Positions 1 through 9,360 of a stretch of DNA of 64,000 bases are shown here, piece by piece. Numbering within the stretch: position 1 is the stretch's first letter; the number at the start of each line of letters is the position of its first letter. The translations under genes were made by a program, and so were the position numbers. The notes beneath the pieces were generated by a model, which was given only the letters and a program-made list of their open reading frames with translations, had not been told where the DNA came from and made no database searches. The stretch covers positions 4,032,001 to 4,096,000 of the forward strand of contig OZ223209.1 of NCBI GenBank assembly GCA_965140415.1, read 5' to 3'. This DNA is from Myxococcota bacterium. Its GTDB lineage: Bacteria > Myxococcota_A > SURF-8.

Positions 1-774
1 ATGATAATCATGCGGATCGATGGCTCCGGTTTCGCAGGTTTGCGAACACTTGCCATCTTTATCGCAGGCGTTCGTCACCTGTCGCCGGAAAAGCGACACA
101 CGCGCGGGAACGGCCAGTAGCGCCCCCAGGGGACAGAGATGGCGGCACCAGAAACGGTGCTGATAGCGCCCCAACCAAAGCAGGGTAATGAAAAACAGCA
201 ATGACAACAAACCCAGAAAACCGAATACCGGCTGCTCGAATTCGGCACGCGCCAGATTCATCCAGCCCAGCCATTCGAAAACCGGGCGAAGCAGATCCAG
301 CGAAAGGTTCAATAGCGACGACAACAGCGGCCAGACACCCAACGTCAGGATGCGCGTAATCCAACTGATCGGATCGGCCAGATAAGCCAGCGCCTGCCCG
401 AACAGGGCGGCGGCAAGAATGGCAAGCAGCAACCCGTACTTTAAAAAACGCAAGCGCCGGGCATGATTGGGCCATTTTCTGCGCTTGCCTCGCGTGAAGA
501 ACAGATCGTCGCCCACTTCCAGGCAGGTCCCCATGGGACAGATCCAGCCGCAGAAAAACCTTCCCAGCACTACTGTCAGCACCAGCATACCCACACCGTA
601 ACTCAGTGCGGGAAGCCAGCTTCTGGCGGCGATGCTTGCCTGTAACGACAGCAGCGGGTCGATTTTCAGAAACGCATCCTGCACTGCCACCGGAGAAGGC
701 GGCCAGCGCGTCAACGCAATCAAGGTCACGAATAGCGCCAAAAGCAGCAGTTGGATAATACGACGCAGGCTCAT
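1..774 (-). CDS. 4Fe-4S binding membrane protein (NapH/MauN-like polyferredoxin), 3' end outside the window
   Basis: Manual translation from the ATG at 774: MSLRRIIQLLLL...GRFFCGWICPMG...RFWCRHLCPLGA. ATGA overlap with the upstream DUF362 gene. Confidence 0.85.
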   Translation of the reverse strand, partial: MSLRRIIQLLLLALFVTLIALTRWPPSPVAVQDAFLKIDPLLSLQASIAARSWLPALSYGVGMLVLTVVLGRFFCGWICPMGTCLEVGDDLFFTRGKRRKWPNHARRLRFLKYGLLLAILAAALFGQALAYLADPISWITRILTLGVWPLLSSLLNLSLDLLRPVFEWLGWMNLARAEFEQPVFGFLGLLSLLFFITLLWLGRYQHRFWCRHLCPLGALLAVPARVSLFRRQVTNACDKDGKCSQTCETGAIDPHDYH

Positions 775-1738
775 GCCGTCATCTTATGTATGTTTAGTTT
801 TGCAAGATCGTAGCTGCCTATGCCACGAGAAGCAGCATCGACCAGATATTTGATATCCGCCGGCTTGTAGCCCTCGCCTCCGAAAGGCGCAAGCGTCAGG
901 CCATAGGCATCCAGTGCCACCGGATCGATACCCGCAACGATCGTGTTCAGCGCTTCCACTTTCCCAGGTCCACCGGGACCGCCGGTCACCAGCGCACGGG
1001 TAGCATCCAACAGCGTGAGCTTGGGACGAATAAAGGTGGATATATCGGCAATGGCGGTATTGAGATCGTGCCAGAAATGCCAGCTCTTGCGATCCTCGAC
1101 CACGCCCATCCAGTTTTTCATACCAAAGGACACCTTCGCCGAACCATGGGACTTGGCCACCGGTAAATTGATGATGCAGTCCGACTCCATGATATCGCGG
1201 GCAACCTTGATTTTCTTCAGCGTCTTGCCGCCGGGAATCGTGACCTCTTTAAAGAAGGTCTCTCGCTGAATGACGTATACGAAGGTATCGTCCACGCCCT
1301 TCATCATGTCCTTGACCCCGCAGATATCCAGCGCGATATCGGGTTTATGACAGGGATAGTCGTAGATCAGCACCCGCTTGGCCCCAGCAGAAAGCGCCTG
1401 TTCGGCCACAGCCCGAACCACGCGCGGATCGGTTGTCGTCGCCGCTTCGGGTTTGTTGGCAAATCCCATATTCGGCTTGATCGTGACCACATCGCCCTTG
1501 GAAACAAAACGACCGATACCGCCCATGGCGTCGATAGCCGCACGCACGTTCTTGGCAGGATCGGCACCGACGACGACAGCCAGATCGGGTTTACCTGCCG
1601 CCTTCAAGGCGGATTTCACCGCCGCCTGTTCCGCCGGTTTCAACGGAACATTTTCCGCCGCCTGCAACAATCCAGGGAACCCGGCAAGCAATCCGCCGCC
1701 GCCAACAACTTGATGGCTTCTCTTCGTGACAGTTTCAT
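771..1738 (-). CDS. DUF362 family Fe-S protein with Tat-like signal; apparent 1-bp frameshift near the 5' end
   Basis: Motifs VTIKPN, TDPRVV, INLPVAKSH, GMKNWMG and DPVALDA. The MKLSRREAIK start at 1738 is 47 nt upstream of the in-frame ORF start at 1691, so it is out of frame. Confidence 0.8.
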
Positions 1739-1932
1739 GATGACACCCTCTTTGCTGGTTTGATGGACTCTTTTAGGAACCGCTAAATGATTCAAACCCT
1801 ATTTCGAACTGAGTTCATTCGTATTGTAACGGATTCGCGTTTCCGGGAAAAGGGGTAAAATCATAGGGCAGGCATCACCTCCCTCTGCTATACTGGCTTT
1901 ATCAATTTCTGCATGATGGAAAGGAAAACGAG

Positions 1933-2325
1933 ATGCCCGAATCGATTCGTATTCTGGTGGAAGGGCAGAACATTCAAGCCGACCGAGGCATCATCATCGC
2001 CCCAGTGCAGGCGTTGGAAAACCAGGCGCTGGTCCGCTGTCTGACCGGTGGGGAAGCCTCTTCAGGCAAGCACATCGCCTACTCACTGGCTCAAATCGCC
2101 ATCGAGCGCCATATGGACGGCGAACTGCAAGCCCATCTCGTTGCACCCGAAACCCCGATCCGGATCATCGCCGATGGTGAATCGATTGCCTGCGAAGAAG
2201 GTCTGCTCATCGCCTGGACCGAGGAGGACATTCAGCTTTGGGCCCACGAAAAGTGCGACGTTCGCGACCTGTTAAAGGTCGTTCATCGCGCCTGCACGCG
2301 CTGGATTCGTCTGGATGTTCGCTAA
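1933..2325 (+). CDS. hypothetical protein
   Basis: 130-aa ORF with AAGGA RBS; no recognised motif. Confidence 0.6.
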   Translation: MPESIRILVEGQNIQADRGIIIAPVQALENQALVRCLTGGEASSGKHIAYSLAQIAIERHMDGELQAHLVAPETPIRIIADGESIACEEGLLIAWTEEDIQLWAHEKCDVRDLLKVVHRACTRWIRLDVR

Positions 2326-2492
2326 GTTGCAACTCGGCAACTCGTTCCCCAAATCAACAAACCACCGAAAAATCCCCAGCCGCACGGAAGACATTCCGAA
2401 TATTATTCGGTCCTGCTGCCATATTCCGACCTTAAGACCGTTTTTTAGACGGCTTTTTCATGATATTTTTTTCATTTATTCGGAATCTTTCC

Positions 2493-2521
2493 TTGACGCC
2501 GTAAATCAAATCCGCTAGCGT
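2493..2521 (+). promoter_or_regulatory. sigma70-type promoter of the met operon
   Basis: TTGACG-N17-TAGCGT. Confidence 0.5.
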
Positions 2522-2524
2522 AAG

Positions 2525-2645
2525 CCCTCATTTTGCAGGCGATCCGGCCAGAACTCGTAACAATATCCGGTGCCCCTGCATCGTAGCGTTCGACTTTCGC
2601 GATACAGAAGACGGAGGGGGATTCGCAGTTTCCACCTCGTTCACT
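2525..2645 (+). promoter_or_regulatory. structured 5' leader, candidate divergent SAM riboswitch
   Basis: ~150-nt leader upstream of metY. TGCAGG (2534-2539) can pair with CCTGCA (2575-2580), and CCCTC with GAGGG. Only loose resemblance to the S-box. Confidence 0.3.
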
Positions 2646-2676
2646 GCTTCGCATTGACCATCATGGAGAAAACAAC

Positions 2677-3924
2677 ATGTCCGACAAACATCCCCTTGGT
2701 TTTGCCACACGTGCACTGCACGCCGGATACGATCCCGCTCAGCACAATCAGTCGCGCCAGACGCCGCTTTATCAGACCACCGCTTATTGTTTCGAAGATG
2801 CCGACCACGCCGCCCAGTTGTTCAAGCTGCAACAATCCGGCTATATCTATTCGCGCATCAATAACCCCACCCTGGATGTACTCGAGCAACGCATTTCCGC
2901 ACTGGAAAACGGTTCGATGGCGGTTGCCTTTGCCAGCGGTATGGCGGCGGTTTCCTCCGCTATATTGACAATCCTGCACGCCGGAGATGAGATCGTCTCC
3001 AGCGCTTCGCTGTATGGCGGCACCTATAATCTGTTCGCCACCACCCTGCCCCGCTACGGCATCACGACCCATTTTGCCAAAGCCGCCGATACTGAAAGTT
3101 TCAGAGAGGCCATCACGCCGAAAACAAAAGCCCTGTATTGCGAAACCATCGGCAACCCAGCCATCGATATTCCCGATCTGGCCGCGCTGGCCGAACTGGC
3201 GCATGAGCATGAGATTCCGCTGTTCGTGGATAACACCACCGCAACTCCGTATTTATGCCGTCCCATCGAACACGGTGCAGACGTGGTGATCCATTCGGCC
3301 AGCAAGTTTATCGGTGGGCATGGCGGCTCGATGGGCGGACTTGTAACGGCGGGAGGAAATTTCAACTGGGTCAAGTCGTTCCCGTTTTTGGAAGACTACC
3401 AGGATTTCGAGTCGCCCTACATCATGGCATTACGCCTCGACATTCTCAGAGATTTAGGCGGAGCGATGGCGCCTTTCAACGCCTACCTGATGATCCAGGG
3501 CTTGGAAACGCTGGCGCTGCGCATGAAGCAGCATTGCCAAAATACAGAGATCGTCGCCCGTTGGCTGGCGGAGCGAGAAGAAGTGGACTACGTCAACTAT
3601 CCGATTTTCGAGGATCACCCTACCCGTAAAAACGCGAAACGCTACCTGCCCCAGGGCTGCTCTGCGCTACTCTCTTTTGGGCTGAAGGGTGGATACGATG
3701 CAGGCAAAAACCTGGTGAACCGAGTGAAGATGATTCATCACCTGGCCAATCTGGGCGACACCAAAAGTCTGATCCTGCATCCGGCCTCGACTTCACATGA
3801 GTTGTTGACGCCCGAGCAGCGACTGGCGGCGGGGGTACCGGATGAACTGATCCGCCTAAGCGTCGGCATCGAAGACGTACAAGACATCCTTAACGATCTG
3901 GAACAAGGGTTGCACCGTGACTGA
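2677..3924 (+). CDS. metY: O-acetylhomoserine aminocarboxypropyltransferase (sulfhydrylase)
   Basis: YSRINNPT; PLP lysine motif HSASKFIGGHG; HLANLGDTKSLILHPASTSH. Confidence 0.92.
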   Translation: MSDKHPLGFATRALHAGYDPAQHNQSRQTPLYQTTAYCFEDADHAAQLFKLQQSGYIYSRINNPTLDVLEQRISALENGSMAVAFASGMAAVSSAILTILHAGDEIVSSASLYGGTYNLFATTLPRYGITTHFAKAADTESFREAITPKTKALYCETIGNPAIDIPDLAALAELAHEHEIPLFVDNTTATPYLCRPIEHGADVVIHSASKFIGGHGGSMGGLVTAGGNFNWVKSFPFLEDYQDFESPYIMALRLDILRDLGGAMAPFNAYLMIQGLETLALRMKQHCQNTEIVARWLAEREEVDYVNYPIFEDHPTRKNAKRYLPQGCSALLSFGLKGGYDAGKNLVNRVKMIHHLANLGDTKSLILHPASTSHELLTPEQRLAAGVPDELIRLSVGIEDVQDILNDLEQGLHRD

Positions 3925-5065
3925 CAGACCGCTGATTCTTTATGCCGATAACCGCCCCGCGCCCAATCAGGCCGGGCGTTTGGCCACCAACCGCCTGCAC
4001 AAATGCAACCTCGGTCGTTATACGACCGAAGCAGGAGAGGAAATCGTCAATCTTCAGGTGGCCTACCGTGTATTCGGCACACCCTCGCCCACACGCGACA
4101 ACCTCGTGCTGGTCTTTCACGCCCTCACCGGTGACGCCAACTGCGCCGGTTACGACGACACGGACGGTCACAACCCAGGCTGGTGGGAGGGCGTTTTTTC
4201 ACCGGCAGCCGCGCTGGATCTGTCAACAACCTGCGTGATCTGTCCCAACCATCCCGGCAGTTGCTACGGTTCCAGCGGTCCGTTGGATCGCGCAGTGGGA
4301 AACACAAGACCCATCGGCCTGGATTTTCCGGAGTTGACCTCGCGCGATCTGGCATTAATCCACCGGGAATTGATTCGCTATCTTGGAATCGAACGTTTAA
4401 AAGCGGTGATCGGAGGTTCGCTTGGCGGCATGGCGGCCCTGGAATGGGCCATCGAATGTCCCGGGCTGGCGGAAAAGGTCGTCGTCATCGCCGCCCCAGC
4501 CAAAAGCAGCGCCCAGGCGCTGGCCTTCAATCATTTGCAAAAGAAATGCTTCGAGTTGGACCCCAGTTTCAAGCAGGGACGCTATCACGACGGTCCCCGG
4601 CCTACGCTGGCACTGGCACTGGCGCGGCAGATCGGCATGGTGACCTATCGCAACCCGGAAGAATTCGAAGGACGGTTCGGACGCACCCTGCACGAACAGC
4701 GAAAAGACGCGCGCACCTACGAAATCCAGAATTACCTGGATTATCAGGGCAGCAAGCTCGTGCAACGCTTCGATGCAAATAGTTACGTCAAGCTGCTTTC
4801 CGTGCTCGACGAGCATGACATCTCTCGCAATCGCGGTAGCCGCAAGCAAGCGCTACAACGTATCTCCGACAAGCTATTGTGCGTCGGTATCGACTCCGAC
4901 ATTCTGTATACGGCCAAGGAGGTCAAGGAGTTGTATGAACTAGCACGTCAATGCGGCGTGCAGGCGCACTACGGGGAGTTGATCTCCATTCACGGGCACG
5001 ACAGTTTTTTAATCGAATACGAGCAGCTAAACCAACTGCTGACGGAATTTCTAAAAAGCGATTGA
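3917..5065 (+). CDS. metX: homoserine O-acetyltransferase
   Basis: HALTGD, GWW, nucleophile GGSLGGM, RFDANSY, HGHDSFL. Confidence 0.92.
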   Translation: MTDRPLILYADNRPAPNQAGRLATNRLHKCNLGRYTTEAGEEIVNLQVAYRVFGTPSPTRDNLVLVFHALTGDANCAGYDDTDGHNPGWWEGVFSPAAALDLSTTCVICPNHPGSCYGSSGPLDRAVGNTRPIGLDFPELTSRDLALIHRELIRYLGIERLKAVIGGSLGGMAALEWAIECPGLAEKVVVIAAPAKSSAQALAFNHLQKKCFELDPSFKQGRYHDGPRPTLALALARQIGMVTYRNPEEFEGRFGRTLHEQRKDARTYEIQNYLDYQGSKLVQRFDANSYVKLLSVLDEHDISRNRGSRKQALQRISDKLLCVGIDSDILYTAKEVKELYELARQCGVQAHYGELISIHGHDSFLIEYEQLNQLLTEFLKSD

Positions 5066-5107
5066 AGCAACAATCAATAATCCACTGGAATCTAAACGAG
5101 GAAAATC

Positions 5108-6391
5108 ATGGCAAAGACGATCAAGCTGGGACTGTTCGGACTGGGCACCGTAGGCGCGGGGCTGGTGAATATCATCGAGCGCCGGAAGGCGGAGTTACTG
5201 GATCAGGCGGGCATCGACCTACAGATTTCGCGCGTTCTGGTACGCAATCCATCTCGCAAACGCGCCTGCCCTACCGATGGCCTGCGCTTGACCACCCGCC
5301 CCGAAGACCTGTTTCAGGATGACAGTATCGACCTGTTTGTGGAATTGATCGGCGGCACCGAAGACGCCCGGCGCATCGTGGAAACCGGGTTACAAAAAGG
5401 TAAAGCGGTCGTTACAGCCAATAAGGCGCTTATCGCTACCAGCGGCCCGGAGTTGATGTCGTTGGCGCGCTTAAAGAACGTGCCCTTCTTCGCCGAAGCC
5501 AGTGTCGGCGGCGGCATTCCAATCCTAAAAGCCCTGCGTGAAAGCCTGGTAGCCAATGAGATCATGGCAATTTCGGCAATCATCAACGGCACCACCAACT
5601 TCATCCTCACACAAATGGAAGAAGAAGGTCTGAGCTATTACGAAGCCCTGAAACTGGCTGGAGAAAAAGGATTCGCCGAAGCGGACCCGACGCTGGACGT
5701 CGAAGGCATCGACGCACAGCAGAAGCTTTTGATCATGGCGGCGCATATCTGCGGCGGCGTCTTTCCGCAGGGCAAGATTCTATGCGAAGGCATCACCCAG
5801 CTTTCCGACTCGGACTTCCGCTTCGCTCACAAGCACGGCATGACCATCAAGCTGCTGGCACTGGCGCGGCGGCGCGGCACGGACTTGGAGTTGCGCGTAC
5901 ATCCCACCTTGATTTCACAGAAACATCCCCTGGCCAGCGTGCGCAATGAATTCAATGCGGTACTGCTGCACGGCGACGCGGTGGGCGAAGTCATGCTGGC
6001 CGGGCGTGGTGCAGGCGGGATGCCAACCGCCAGCGCCGTCTATGCGGATATCGTGGATATCTGCACACGCACGACCATCCTGGGCCAACCGGAATCGGCC
6101 ATACAACCGCTACGGATTTTGGAGCCGGAAAAGATCGAAAGTGAGTATTACCTGTGCTTCACGGTAGAGGACAAGCCGGGCGTGATCGGCGATGTCACCG
6201 CCATTCTGGGCCGACACGACATTTCGGTGCGCTCGGTTGGCGCGGAACTGATTCCCAATGTACCGGAACTGGGTTTGCTGGAAATCATCCTGCACAAATC
6301 AAGCGAGGCACAGGTACGAAAAGCGGTAGACGAAATCAATCGCCTGCCGCGCATCATCGGAGACGGCAAGTTCATTCGAATCGAGAGGTAG
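5108..6391 (+). CDS. hom: homoserine dehydrogenase with C-terminal ACT domain
   Basis: GLGTVG, VVTANK, EASVGGGIP, GFAEADPTLDVEG, DKPGVIG. Confidence 0.95.
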   Translation: MAKTIKLGLFGLGTVGAGLVNIIERRKAELLDQAGIDLQISRVLVRNPSRKRACPTDGLRLTTRPEDLFQDDSIDLFVELIGGTEDARRIVETGLQKGKAVVTANKALIATSGPELMSLARLKNVPFFAEASVGGGIPILKALRESLVANEIMAISAIINGTTNFILTQMEEEGLSYYEALKLAGEKGFAEADPTLDVEGIDAQQKLLIMAAHICGGVFPQGKILCEGITQLSDSDFRFAHKHGMTIKLLALARRRGTDLELRVHPTLISQKHPLASVRNEFNAVLLHGDAVGEVMLAGRGAGGMPTASAVYADIVDICTRTTILGQPESAIQPLRILEPEKIESEYYLCFTVEDKPGVIGDVTAILGRHDISVRSVGAELIPNVPELGLLEIILHKSSEAQVRKAVDEINRLPRIIGDGKFIRIER

Positions 6392-6415
6392 CAAATAAGC
6401 ACTGCTAAAGCACAA

Positions 6416-6448
6416 AGGCCCGAAGGCAAAAACCTTCGGGCCTGTTTT
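6416..6448 (+). terminator. rho-independent terminator (possibly bidirectional)
   Basis: AGGCCCGAAGG...CCTTCGGGCCT followed by a T tract, between convergent genes. Confidence 0.75.
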
Positions 6449-6466
6449 ATTGTGCGAATACGATAA

Positions 6467-7744
6467 CTATTGGCGCTCGAAGAGCACGTCGAAATCGATC
6501 TGGCAATCACCACCTGCAATATCCTGCACGTTGGTCAGATACACATGGGCTTCGCCAACTCCCTGATCGCCGCTGAACGTCACAATCGCCGTCTCCGTGG
6601 AAACGACATCCATGGTCTGGATGTTGGTTTCGCAGGTGATTTCCGTGTTACCACGAAACACACCGAACAAGCTGTCATCTGCGTTCAGGTCGCATTCTCC
6701 CTGAATATATAGAGGTTCGGGACCGGTGATTTCCACATTATCGATAATGGCACGCGGGTCGAAATTGCCGATGATCGGATCGCAGGTCGTCGCGGTGGTC
6801 GTCAATGTCCGTTTCCACTGACCGGAGGTATCGAAGCTGACCGCTGCCGAATTGTCACAGGCGGGCAGGAAGCACTCGCCATCGCCCCACCAGGGGCTGC
6901 TGGGCGGCCATTCGTCGCCATCGCCGTCAGTCACATCACCATCTTGATCGCCGTCGGGAGCATCACCATCGGGTATATCGCCGTCCGGCACATCGCCGTC
7001 CGTCCCTTCACCCTCTTCGTCAAGATCGCCATCGGGACCGGTGTAGGGTTCGATGACGATATCGAAATCGATGTAGCAGTCTTGTCCTCCGACTTCGGGA
7101 ACGTTGACCAAAAAGACTTTTGCCGTTCCTTCCGCCCGATCGCCGTTCCAGGTGAACTGGGCCGTTTCCAGGCTGGTGACATCCATATCCTGCAAGTTGG
7201 TCTGGCAGGTGATTTCGTCGTTACCCAGCAGGATACCGATCACTTCGCCATCTTCGACCAGGCATTCGCCCTGGAATTCCATTTCCGCCGGGGGATATTT
7301 ATGAATGTGGCCAACGTTGGCCAGTTCGTTTACCTGGGCGATTATATCGCTGCAATCGGTGGCGGTTGTCTCGACAGTGCGCTGATAGCGACCGGTGAAC
7401 GTAACGCTCGGTGTCGTGTCGGTGTGACATTGCGGCAACACACAAACGCCGCAGGCTCGATCCCACCATTCCTCGGCGGGCGGGAAGTCGTTGGCATCGG
7501 CGTAATCGGTATTGGCGGGCTTGCATTGCACTTCGCCGTCGGTATCGCCGTCGGTCTCCAGATCTCCATCGGGAGTATCACCGTCGGGAGTATCTCCATC
7601 CGGTGCATCTTCATCACCTGCGAGATCACCGTCGGTGTCGGTATCGCCATCGGTATCGATGGGATCGTCATCGCCGCCGCAGGAACTGAGCGCAAAGGCG
7701 TTGGTCAGTACGAGTAGTAAAATTAGAAAAAGAAACTTCTTCAT
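6467..7744 (-). CDS. lipoprotein with DGD-rich linkers and a duplicated Cys-containing domain
   Basis: MKKFLFLILL...LSSC lipobox and GGAGG RBS. Two homologous ~145-aa domains (CxLPxC...TTATxC...EITC...IDFD). Confidence 0.8.
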   Translation of the reverse strand: MKKFLFLILLLVLTNAFALSSCGGDDDPIDTDGDTDTDGDLAGDEDAPDGDTPDGDTPDGDLETDGDTDGEVQCKPANTDYADANDFPPAEEWWDRACGVCVLPQCHTDTTPSVTFTGRYQRTVETTATDCSDIIAQVNELANVGHIHKYPPAEMEFQGECLVEDGEVIGILLGNDEITCQTNLQDMDVTSLETAQFTWNGDRAEGTAKVFLVNVPEVGGQDCYIDFDIVIEPYTGPDGDLDEEGEGTDGDVPDGDIPDGDAPDGDQDGDVTDGDGDEWPPSSPWWGDGECFLPACDNSAAVSFDTSGQWKRTLTTTATTCDPIIGNFDPRAIIDNVEITGPEPLYIQGECDLNADDSLFGVFRGNTEITCETNIQTMDVVSTETAIVTFSGDQGVGEAHVYLTNVQDIAGGDCQIDFDVLFERQ

Positions 7745-7976
7745 CTGCATCCTCCATAAACAACCGTTGTGATGGTTATCCCTTGTGGTGAGCCATTGTG
7801 TCCCAATACTCGAAAATCGCATGAATCCTAGCATGAAATGGAAAAATTGTCTATCGCAACTTGACGTAGTTCGAAGCGGTTTTTAATTCGGACCATATAC
7901 GAAAAAACCGGTGGCGATTCAAAGCCCGCGCACCGGCATCGTTACCCGAATGGGTAGCTACTTCATTCTCTACAGA

Positions 7977-8822
7977 TCAATACTCGTACCAGCCTTTTCC
8001 GGTTTTACGACCGAAATGTCCTGCGTCCACACGCTCGTTAAAAGCACCGGCCAGCTTGAAGCGGTCGCCGTAGGCTTCGGTCAAGGTGGCGTGTACATGC
8101 TGCAACAGATCCAGGCTGACATTGTCGCTCAAGCGCAAGGGACCGACCGGATGTCCCAGGCCCAGTTTGCAGGCGGTGTCAATGGCTTCGATATCGGCTA
8201 CACCTTCATCCACCAGGCGATAGGCTTCCGCCATCATCGCACACAGAATACGGTTGACGACAAAGCCTTCCACATTCTTGACCTTGATCGGGGTCTTGCC
8301 GATCATTTTGCAGAATTCGGTGCCAAGCTCTACACTCTGCTCGGTAGACAACAGACCGGGAATGACTTCCACAAGCTGCATAATCGAAGCCGGAGAGAAG
8401 AAGTGCAAACCGATAAAGTTTTCCGGACGCGCCGCTTTGCCCAGCTTGGTGATGGAAATCGAGGACGTATTCGAGGCGAATACGCATTCGGGCTTGCACA
8501 CGGTATCCAGTTCTTTGTAAGCCGCGTGTTTGATATCCAGGTTTTCCAGAATCGCTTCAACCACGATGTCCACATCGCTGAAGCTGTCGTAGCTGTCTAC
8601 CGGATGCACCAGCGCCAGGATTTCATCCTTTTTGGCGGCTTCCAGTTTGCCTTTTTCCACTTGCTTGCTCAGAATCTTATCGATGCGTTGCTTGCCTTTT
8701 TCGGCCAGCTCAAGGCTGATTTCTTTCATTTCCACTTCAAGTCCGACACGGGCGCAACAAAGCGAGATTTCCGCACCCATCATACCAGCTCCCAAAATAC
8801 CAACCTTTTTAATTTCCGCCAT
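7977..8822 (-). CDS. hbd: 3-hydroxyacyl-CoA (3-hydroxybutyryl-CoA) dehydrogenase
   Basis: GAGMMG, ASNTSS, GLHFFSPA, GFVVNR, GRKTGKGWY. Confidence 0.88.
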   Translation of the reverse strand: MAEIKKVGILGAGMMGAEISLCCARVGLEVEMKEISLELAEKGKQRIDKILSKQVEKGKLEAAKKDEILALVHPVDSYDSFSDVDIVVEAILENLDIKHAAYKELDTVCKPECVFASNTSSISITKLGKAARPENFIGLHFFSPASIMQLVEVIPGLLSTEQSVELGTEFCKMIGKTPIKVKNVEGFVVNRILCAMMAEAYRLVDEGVADIEAIDTACKLGLGHPVGPLRLSDNVSLDLLQHVHATLTEAYGDRFKLAGAFNERVDAGHFGRKTGKGWYEY

Positions 8823-9120
8823 AATCCAGTCCTTTCTGCGTGGAGTATAGAAATGCGGAGTTCCCCGCAATTCAAACATTCCCAAAGCGGCTCATCCGGC
8901 TGCACCGGGTATACCGTCTGTAGGATTCCCATTTTGTTGACTGCCGCCTGAAGGCAACTTGCCCGAGACGGTGTAAAAATGGTTTACCTTTCCTGCGGCG
9001 ACTTTGCAAGATTTAAATAAAGAGTTGCAAATCAAGCTTGAATAAACCGGATTTTTTGGGGTTCAACTCCCAATTCCGGCGAGCTTGCTCGGTTTGAATA
9101 AACAGTGGTGGTCGCTTCCT

Positions 9121-9291
9121 CTTCCCTTCCCCGACGGAGCCGCCTCGCATCATGAGGCTTGAATAACCGGGGTACTAGCGGGCGGCCGTCAAGGCCGGAG
9201 CAACGCGACGTTCATATAGCCTTGACGGCGGCTCGCGCCCCGGTACAAGCCACAGATGATGCGTGGCAGGTAACGGAAGGCGGAAGGGAAG
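9121..9291. repeat. ~170-nt rod-like imperfect inverted repeat (MITE-like element or ncRNA candidate)
   Basis: Nested pairings CTTCCCTTCC/GGAAGGGAAG, CGCATCAT/ATGATGCG, GGCTTG/CAAGCC, ACCGGGG/CCCCGGT and GCCGTCAAGGC/GCCTTGACGGC. Confidence 0.7.
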
Positions 9292-9360
9292 CCCTTCCTT
9301 GATGGTGGGCCCTGTGGATTTCTATCCGCCCGTTTCCCTCCCCGCTTTTGGGATCGGAAC

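Noticed and set aside
7911-8951. 346-aa plus-strand ORF
   Set aside because: Antisense shadow of hbd.
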